Positions 57,689-64,000 of a stretch of 64,000 bases of DNA are shown here, piece by piece (within the stretch, counting starts at the first letter, position 1; the number at the start of each line of letters is the position of its first letter). A program made the position numbers and the translations under genes. Source of the stretch: an uncultured Anaerolineaceae bacterium (GTDB lineage: Bacteria > Chloroflexota > Anaerolineae > Anaerolineales > Anaerolineaceae); NCBI GenBank assembly GCA_937897615.1, contig CALCNO010000046.1:9463-73462 (forward strand). The letters run 5' to 3'. Under the pieces are notes generated by a model, which worked only from the letters and a program-made list of their open reading frames with translations, did no database searches and had not been told where the DNA came from.

Positions 57689-59413
57689 ATGAAAAATGGT
57701 TTCTATGAACAGCAGGTGAAAGTAGAATCCTCACGTCCAACAATTGAACTGATTTTTTCGGATGGGCGCGTTTTCACAGGTGAACGCGGCGCTTCTCTTG
57801 AAAAGCTTTTGCAGCAATTGCCCGAGTGGGATAACCCGCCGATTATGGGGGCGGTTGTGAACGGGGAATTGCGCGAGCTTACCTATCCCGTTGAAATGGA
57901 CTCGCGTATCCGCCTGGTAACGATGGGGGATGATGATGGCGCACGAATCTACCGCCGCTCCATCACCTTTTTGCTTGAGGCAGCTTTTGAGGAACTTTTT
58001 CCCAACCTTGTGATGACGTTGGATCATTCCGTTTCCGCTGGGGGGTACTTCTGCCAGTTGGCGGATGAAAGCGTGCTCACCCGTAATGAATTGGAAAAGC
58101 TCAAGGCACGCATGCAGGAGTTGATCGATGCCAACCTTCCGTTTGAGCGCACCAGTGTGCCTCTGCAGGAAGCGATCCAGTACTTTGCAGCCAAAAAACT
58201 TGATGACAAAGTGAAGTTGCTCAAATATCGCCAGAAAGAGTACCTGATCCTTTACCGGCTTGGCGATCACCAGGATTATCATCACGGCTATATGGTTCCC
58301 ACAACCGGGTACCTTAAATGGTTCGACCTGGAGTTGGTGGGGGAGGGGTTTGTTCTGCGTTTCCCGCGGCGCAACTCTCCGAAAACGATCGACCCAATGC
58401 CGAGTTATCCCAAGCTGCTGAGCACTTTCCGCCAGTATGGGAATTGGCTGAAACGTCTTGGCATTGAATCCGTTGGCGCTTTGAACGATACCATTCAGGC
58501 GGGGAACATTCGTGAGATCATCCTGGTCTCAGAGGCACTGCACGAGCTGCAGATTATCGATATTGCCCAGCACATCGCCGAGAAGGCCGATGAGGCGCGC
58601 ATCATTCTGATTGCCGGTCCTTCCTCCTCGGGCAAGACCACATTCTCCAAACGCCTTTCAGTGCAATTGCTGGCAAACGGGTTTTCGCCCTATCCCATCG
58701 AAATGGATAATTATTTTATCAACCGCGAACTCACCCCCAAGGACGCGAGTGGGCAATATGATTTTGAATCTCTGGGTGCTATGGATACGCAAAGGCTTTC
58801 TGCTGATTTAAAGCGCCTCATTGCCGGCGAAGCGGTGCAATTGCCCCACTACAACTTCCGCGAGGGGCGCAGCGAGCCGGGTGAAATGGTGAAACTGGAA
58901 AAGGATCAGATTCTGATCCTGGAAGGGATTCACGGTCTGAACCCTCAACTGCTGCCGAACATTGATCCGGCATCCACTTTCAAAATCTATGCTTCATGCC
59001 TCACGCAACTGAATCTTGATCGCTACAACCGTATTTCGACAACTGATACGCGCCTCATCCGTCGTATTGTGCGCGACTCTCGCGAACGCGGCTATACAGC
59101 ACAGCAAACCATTGGCCGTTGGGAGTCCGTCCAGCGCGGCGAGAAGGAATACATCTTCCCGTATCAGGAAAACGGCAATAAACTGTTCAATTCGGCTTTG
59201 GTCTATGAGCTTTCAGCACTGCGTCTGCTGGCAGAGCCTTTGCTGCGCCAGGTGCCCTATGGCACACCGGAATACGTTGAGGCAAAACGCCTGCTGGCGT
59301 TTTTGGAATGGTTCCTGCCCATTGATACCAGTCTGGTCCCGGATAACTCGATCTTGCTGGAATTTGTCGGTGGGTCGATATTGAAAGACTTTAAGCTTTG
59401 GGAAGCCAAATAA
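57689..59413 (+). CDS. TGS / tRNA-SAD-like N-terminal region fused to a uridine kinase/phosphoribulokinase-family P-loop kinase
   Basis: N-terminal TGS-like beta-grasp, then a ThrRS/AlaRS second-additional-domain-like region, then P-loop IAGPSSSGKTTF with a Udk-like C-terminal half. Confidence 0.7.
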   Translation: MKNGFYEQQVKVESSRPTIELIFSDGRVFTGERGASLEKLLQQLPEWDNPPIMGAVVNGELRELTYPVEMDSRIRLVTMGDDDGARIYRRSITFLLEAAFEELFPNLVMTLDHSVSAGGYFCQLADESVLTRNELEKLKARMQELIDANLPFERTSVPLQEAIQYFAAKKLDDKVKLLKYRQKEYLILYRLGDHQDYHHGYMVPTTGYLKWFDLELVGEGFVLRFPRRNSPKTIDPMPSYPKLLSTFRQYGNWLKRLGIESVGALNDTIQAGNIREIILVSEALHELQIIDIAQHIAEKADEARIILIAGPSSSGKTTFSKRLSVQLLANGFSPYPIEMDNYFINRELTPKDASGQYDFESLGAMDTQRLSADLKRLIAGEAVQLPHYNFREGRSEPGEMVKLEKDQILILEGIHGLNPQLLPNIDPASTFKIYASCLTQLNLDRYNRISTTDTRLIRRIVRDSRERGYTAQQTIGRWESVQRGEKEYIFPYQENGNKLFNSALVYELSALRLLAEPLLRQVPYGTPEYVEAKRLLAFLEWFLPIDTSLVPDNSILLEFVGGSILKDFKLWEAK

Positions 59414-59447
59414 AAAAAGGGCTGCCGAGAAGGCAGCCCTTTTTTTA
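59412..59447. terminator. Bidirectional terminator between convergent genes
   Basis: 9-bp stem AGGGCTGCC / GGCAGCCCT with a 5-nt loop, flanked by A7 and T7 runs. Confidence 0.85.
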
Positions 59448-59451
59448 ATAC

Positions 59452-60672
59452 TTACGAGCGTAATTTATTCTTGAAGGCTCTTCCTAGCCTAGAGATTCCT
59501 TCATTAATAAGCTCTGGATTGCAGAAGGAAAAGTTTAGCCGCATGGTGTTCTTTCCGGCCCCGTCAGGATGGAAGAATTCGCCGGGCACATAAGCGACCT
59601 TCTCATTGATCGCCTCGCTGAGCATTTCGGTGGCGTCGAATTGTTTGGGGAGGGTGACCCACAGGAACAGTCCGCCTTGCGGCCGGGTCCAGGTGACCCC
59701 TTCTGGCATGTGCTCTTCAAGTGATTCCAGCATGGCATCACGCCGTTCGCGGTAAACCTTTTGGATCAGGGTGACATGCCGATCAATGAACCCGTGCTGG
59801 CCCACCTCGTGCGTAACGATCTGGTTAAAGGTGGAGGTGTGCAGATCGGTACCTTGCTTGGCAAGCGAAAGTTTACGGATGACCTCTTTGGGCGCAATCA
59901 CCCAGGCCAGACGGATGCCCGGCGCCAGGATTTTGGAGAAAGTGGACAGGTAGATGACGTTGCCGCTGTAGCTATCGGTGTTCAAGCGTGTGCGCGAGTC
60001 GATCAATTCAACAGCGGGGAGATGCTCGCCCTCATAGCGCAGTTGCCCGTAAGGATCGTCCTCGATGATGGGGACACCGTAGCGATCTGCCAACTCGACC
60101 AGTTTCTGGCGGCGCTCCACGGGCAACGTAGTTCCGGTGGGGTTTTGGAAATTTGGAAGCACATAAATGAACTTGGGGCCAATGCGCAGCGCTTCTTCGA
60201 GCCTGTCGGTCTGCATACCGTTTTCGTCTGCGGGGACGGAAATATACTCCGCGCCATAGGCGTTCCAGGCTTGCAGCGCTCCCAGATAGGTTGGCGATTC
60301 TACCAGGATGCGATCACCGCGATTGATGAAAATCTTTCCGAGCAGGTCCAGCGCCTGCTGCGAACCAGAGGTGATGAGGATGTTATCAATGTCTACGTTG
60401 ATCCCAATGGCGCTGGTGTGCCGTGCGATCATCTCGCGCAACGGCACATAGCCATCTGTTCCGCCATACTGCAAAGCATCAGCACCCTTATGCTCTAACA
60501 CAGCGATACACGCCCGTTTGAATTCATCCACCGGGAAAACATCGGCAGCCGGAAACCCGCCGCCAAACGAAATCATATTCGGTTGCTCCGTGATCTTTAG
60601 CAGTTCACGGATTGCCGATGCCTTCATCTTCTGCGTGCGCTGAGCATATCGGTAATCCCATGGTGTTTGCAT
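59452..60672 (-). CDS. PLP-dependent aminotransferase, class I/II (2-aminoadipate/aromatic transaminase-like)
   Basis: N-terminal MKASAIRELLK motif, the LSTFSKILAPGIRLAW region containing the PLP-lysine, ~406 aa. Confidence 0.82.
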   Translation of the reverse strand: MQTPWDYRYAQRTQKMKASAIRELLKITEQPNMISFGGGFPAADVFPVDEFKRACIAVLEHKGADALQYGGTDGYVPLREMIARHTSAIGINVDIDNILITSGSQQALDLLGKIFINRGDRILVESPTYLGALQAWNAYGAEYISVPADENGMQTDRLEEALRIGPKFIYVLPNFQNPTGTTLPVERRQKLVELADRYGVPIIEDDPYGQLRYEGEHLPAVELIDSRTRLNTDSYSGNVIYLSTFSKILAPGIRLAWVIAPKEVIRKLSLAKQGTDLHTSTFNQIVTHEVGQHGFIDRHVTLIQKVYRERRDAMLESLEEHMPEGVTWTRPQGGLFLWVTLPKQFDATEMLSEAINEKVAYVPGEFFHPDGAGKNTMRLNFSFCNPELINEGISRLGRAFKNKLRS

Positions 60673-60706
60673 TTTTCAGTTTGTCTCCTTAGAAAGTATT
60701 GAGGTT

Positions 60707-63700
60707 CTAAAGCTTTGGGAATCGACTGATAACTGTTGCAGGGGTTGGCAGGGTTACCCTGTCTCCGGCTTGTAGTTCAGCAGGAGCCTTGGATGCCTGG
60801 CTGGGTGCCCCCTGGAAAATGAAGATGGGAGTGTTCTCTTCGGCACTGCGCAGGTCAACGTATGCCTGCCCGGTGAGGTAGCCTTCTTTGTCGATGGCGC
60901 AACTGGTGACCACGCCCAAGACCTTGCCTTTCGCGTCTAACACCGGGTCGCCGTTATGCGACATGCGCACGCCTTTTTCAATGAAGCGGAAGCGCACCAC
61001 AACACCCTTGCGTTTGGCTTCTCGTTCGATGAAGGCTTTGCGCCCAATGAACCAGGGTTTGTAGGTCTTTACGTAGGAACCAAACCCGGCTTCGGCAACG
61101 CCAAAATTCATCTCGCCGCCCATCTCGTGGCCATAAAGCGGCAGGCCGGCCTCAGTGCGCAGGGAATCGCGGGCGCCAAGGCCGCAGGCTTTCATACCCA
61201 GGGGTTCACCAACTTTGCGCAGGGCTTCCCACAATTGTGCTGCTTTCTGTGGATGCACAAAGAGTTCAAAGGCCATCTTCTCGCCGGTATAGCCGGTGCG
61301 GGAAACCACCAGGTCAAAGCCGCCCACAGTGGCTTCACATAATTCAGTACGCTTGAGAGCTTTGATCTTTTTGCCAGTGGCGGCGTCACAGCCGAGTGCC
61401 AGCAGGATGTCTCTTGATTTCGGTCCCTGCAGGGCAATATCCACGCGCATATCGGCACCCTCTTTGGGGTCGCGCAGGTTGCGCAGGGTCACAGTGCTTC
61501 CGTAGGTAGTTACCCACGGGCGTTCATTGTCGATGGCAACCTTATGCTCGCGGACGGCATTGAGCCAAGCCCAATCCTTGTCGTCATTTGAGGCGTTAAC
61601 CACCACCAGGTATTTTTCTTCGGCGCGGCGGTAAACCAGCGTATCGTCAATGACGTTGGAGTTGGGGTCCAAGAAGTGTGTGTAGCAGGATTCGCCAATT
61701 TCCAGGCCGCCGATGTCATTGCCGCAGACTGTATCCAGGAATTGTGCGGCGTGTGGGCCTTCGGCCTGGAAGACGCCCATGTGAGCTACATCGAACAATC
61801 CGGCAGCTTCACGGCAAGCCTGATGTTCTTCCACCACTGAGGTGTACCAGACGGGCATTTCCCATCCTGCGAAGGGGATGATCTTGGCGCCCATCGCCTT
61901 GTGAATCTCATAAAGCGGGGTGCGCTTGAGCGCGCTCTCCTGAGGTTCTTTCCATTCAAATGCTGCCAGGGCTTTCTCGGGAGAATCTGTTTGCCCGATG
62001 AAATAGGGTTTTGTTTTGCTTTCAACACTGCTCTTGGCTTCTTTTACCAGGTTGGCGTTTTCAGAAATGAGGATGGGGCCGGGAATGCGGCGCGGCAAAT
62101 CCTGGTCAAAGGAGATATACCCATCGGAGAGGTCGCGCAGGAAGGTTGCCACCAGCCCAAATTCCTTGCTGGCAAAGGTGAAACTGAATTTATTTTTTGC
62201 TTCCTTGCACAAAGTGCCAGCGATCTTTTGCGCGCCGATGGTCAGGGATGCCGACTGGCTTTCTCCAGTTTTTAGCAGGTCGCTTGCAGAGGAGAAGCAA
62301 TATTGCACAAAGTGCTCTACGTGCTCGCCGGCGATCTCGAGGGCCGTGGTAGCTGCGGTACTTTGTGCTTTGTCATCGAGATAATAAAAGTGTGGATAGC
62401 CGTGGCGTGTGAATTCAAGGTCGGCGCCGGCTTTTTCCGCCAGATTGCGAATGCGTAGTTTTACGTCTTCAAGAACTTTAAAGTCCACTTTGGCACGCAC
62501 CACCGGGCCTTTGCGCGATTCCACTGAATAGGGAACGGTTGCCAGCAGGAGGTCGGCAATGGCATCGCCAACAGTCTCCATGTCCTTTTCAACCAGGCCG
62601 CGCTGGGTCATCCACGGGGTGCCGTAGCGGATGCCGGAAGCGAAAAGGGCGGTTTTGTCACCGGGGATGGTGTTGCGGTTGAGCACGATCCCGGCCACAT
62701 CGAGAATGCGCGCAGCCATATCGCCGGACAGTGGCGTGCCATCCGGCCCTACAATGGTTTTGCAGTCCACATTGCCGAGGTGAGAGTTGGTGCCGCCAAA
62801 GGAGATGCGCAGCCCACGTGCTTTGAGGCGGTTGGTGAGCGCAAGATTGTTCTTCAGGATTTGCTGCTGCAATTTCTGGAAAGCCTCGCTCCTGGCGATC
62901 TTGAAGGTGGTGGCCAGTGCGGCAAAGACATGCACGTGCGGGCCGCCCTGTTCGCCGGGGAACACAGCCTTGTCGATCTTTTTGGCCAGGGCCGAATCTG
63001 CCGTGAGGATACAGGCGCCGCGCGGGCCGCAGAGTGTTTTGTGCGTGGTAAAGGTGATCACGTGCGCATACCCCACCGGGGAGGGTACTGCCTTCCCCGC
63101 GATCAAACCGGCGATGTGCGAGACATCCGCCAGCAGGTACGCGCCAACGGAATCGGCGATGGCTCTGAAGCGTGCCCAATCCGGGATCCACGGATAGGAG
63201 GAGTACCCGCAGATGATCACTTTGGGAGAATTCTCTTTTGCAATGGCCTCGATCTTGTCGTAATCCAATTGCTCAGTCTGGGGGTCAACGCTATAATGAA
63301 CGACTTTGTATAACTTACCGGAGCGGTTAACCGAGGAACCGTGGGTGAGGTGTCCGCCGTGCAGCAGGTTCATTCCCAGGATGGTATCGCCGGGTTCGAT
63401 CAACGCATGGTATACCGCGTTGTTGGCCGGTGCGCCTGAAAGCGCCTGAACATTGACGTAAAGCTGGTCCGCGGTGACCTTGTCGGTAGCAAAAACCTCC
63501 GCGCAGCGGCGGCGCGCCAGTGCTTCAACGACATCGGCGTATTCCACGCCCTTGTAATAGCGCGGATCGGCATAGCGCCGGTAATAAGAGAGGCGGGCAG
63601 GATAATCCAGTATCTCGCCCTCTTTCATCCAACGCGTCTCTTCGTCAGGGTATCCTTCGGCGTACAGGTTCTGGAATACAGATGAAAGTGACTCGCGCAC

Positions 63701-63832
63701 AGCCACTGGAGCGGTGCTTTCTGAGGGGATGAGGATCAGTTTGCGAAACTGCCTTTCGGTTTCGAAACTGGTCAGTTGTTGCACATCAGGGTCGATGTCG
63801 CTCAGGTTTCCGCGGAACAAGAAGTCAGTCAT
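60707..63832 (-). CDS. Fusion protein: serine hydroxymethyltransferase (N-terminal) + unassigned middle region + glycine-cleavage T-protein/aminomethyltransferase (C-terminal)
   Basis: Start trimmed to MTDFLFRG (GGAGA upstream). SHMT motifs LIPSES, HLTHGS and TFTTHKTLCGPRGA. The GcvT part begins near KRTPLYEIHKAMGAKIIPFAGWEMPVWY and continues to the stop. It is a single uninterrupted frame. Confidence 0.85.
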   Translation of the reverse strand: MTDFLFRGNLSDIDPDVQQLTSFETERQFRKLILIPSESTAPVAVRESLSSVFQNLYAEGYPDEETRWMKEGEILDYPARLSYYRRYADPRYYKGVEYADVVEALARRRCAEVFATDKVTADQLYVNVQALSGAPANNAVYHALIEPGDTILGMNLLHGGHLTHGSSVNRSGKLYKVVHYSVDPQTEQLDYDKIEAIAKENSPKVIICGYSSYPWIPDWARFRAIADSVGAYLLADVSHIAGLIAGKAVPSPVGYAHVITFTTHKTLCGPRGACILTADSALAKKIDKAVFPGEQGGPHVHVFAALATTFKIARSEAFQKLQQQILKNNLALTNRLKARGLRISFGGTNSHLGNVDCKTIVGPDGTPLSGDMAARILDVAGIVLNRNTIPGDKTALFASGIRYGTPWMTQRGLVEKDMETVGDAIADLLLATVPYSVESRKGPVVRAKVDFKVLEDVKLRIRNLAEKAGADLEFTRHGYPHFYYLDDKAQSTAATTALEIAGEHVEHFVQYCFSSASDLLKTGESQSASLTIGAQKIAGTLCKEAKNKFSFTFASKEFGLVATFLRDLSDGYISFDQDLPRRIPGPILISENANLVKEAKSSVESKTKPYFIGQTDSPEKALAAFEWKEPQESALKRTPLYEIHKAMGAKIIPFAGWEMPVWYTSVVEEHQACREAAGLFDVAHMGVFQAEGPHAAQFLDTVCGNDIGGLEIGESCYTHFLDPNSNVIDDTLVYRRAEEKYLVVVNASNDDKDWAWLNAVREHKVAIDNERPWVTTYGSTVTLRNLRDPKEGADMRVDIALQGPKSRDILLALGCDAATGKKIKALKRTELCEATVGGFDLVVSRTGYTGEKMAFELFVHPQKAAQLWEALRKVGEPLGMKACGLGARDSLRTEAGLPLYGHEMGGEMNFGVAEAGFGSYVKTYKPWFIGRKAFIEREAKRKGVVVRFRFIEKGVRMSHNGDPVLDAKGKVLGVVTSCAIDKEGYLTGQAYVDLRSAEENTPIFIFQGAPSQASKAPAELQAGDRVTLPTPATVISRFPKL

Positions 63833-63857
63833 CGTTTTTCTCCAGGTTAAATTTAAA

Positions 63858-63904
63858 TAAAAAACCACCTTTGGAGCGCTGGTCAGCGTATCCTGGAGTG
63901 GTTT
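63858..63904 (-). terminator. Terminator-like hairpin plus U-tract inside the 5' leader of the SHMT-GcvT gene (possible attenuator or riboswitch expression platform)
   Basis: The minus strand reads AACCACT-CCA-GGA-TA-CGCT-GACC-AGCG-C-TCC-AAA-GGTGGTT followed by TTTTTATTT. The U-tract ends ~25 nt before the ATG, leaving room only for the Shine-Dalgarno. Confidence 0.45.
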
Positions 63905-64000
63905 AATCGAGAGGGTTCAGTCATTCGTTACTCAGTTATCAGATTCTCACTGATCAACAGGACGATCAGGATCAGACTTGAAACCTTCCTTACGCGCTTA

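Noticed and set aside
63833-64000. Glycine, ZTP (pfl) or THF riboswitch upstream of the SHMT-GcvT gene.
   Set aside because: I looked for the conserved cores (ACCGAAGGGGCAA-type glycine motif, the GGGTCGTGAC...CCGCCTGGGC ZTP motif, THF motif) on the minus strand and found none within the window. Only the terminator-like hairpin is reported.

Overview
A moderately GC-rich chromosomal segment with about 46 tightly packed protein-coding genes. I found no rRNA, tRNA, CRISPR array, transposase, integrase or prophage signature. The gene content suggests Chloroflexota, probably Anaerolineae-like. This is an inference from Chlor_Arch_YYY/DUF2298 membrane proteins, a mevalonate kinase + isopentenyl-phosphate kinase pair, T/P-rich lipoprotein linkers and a DUF5679-like zinc ribbon on TopA. 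Most genes are housekeeping: queG, ffh-rpsP-KH-rimM, dprA, topA, greA, lepA, cmk, rpoC, gyrA, and a maltodextrin-type ABC/GH13 operon.

The best candidate for an undescribed system is a co-directional block at 23820-36643, translationally abutted to lepA and running through to cmk. It encodes a flippase-like protein, an extended-SDR sugar epimerase, a GT4 glycosyltransferase and three huge polytopic GT-C-like membrane proteins. The three are a 1773-aa PMT-like + beta-sandwich + YYY fusion, an 858-aa YYY paralog and a 558-aa PMT-like protein. All belong to families of unknown function. A DPPR-synthase-like UbiA prenyltransferase and mevalonate genes lie 3 kb upstream.

Other notable items:
- a 1041-aa SHMT-GcvT fusion whose 5' leader carries a terminator-like hairpin
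- a seven-gene envelope operon with two M23 lipoproteins, a PD40 propeller and an NBR1-like lipoprotein
- a solitary rpoC with its own extended -10 promoter and a ~200-aa coiled-coil insertion
- apparently leaderless divergent promoters
- an N-terminal zinc ribbon on TopA

Several ORF-track starts were trimmed to internal starts supported by Shine-Dalgarno sequences and by removal of overlaps with neighbouring genes.
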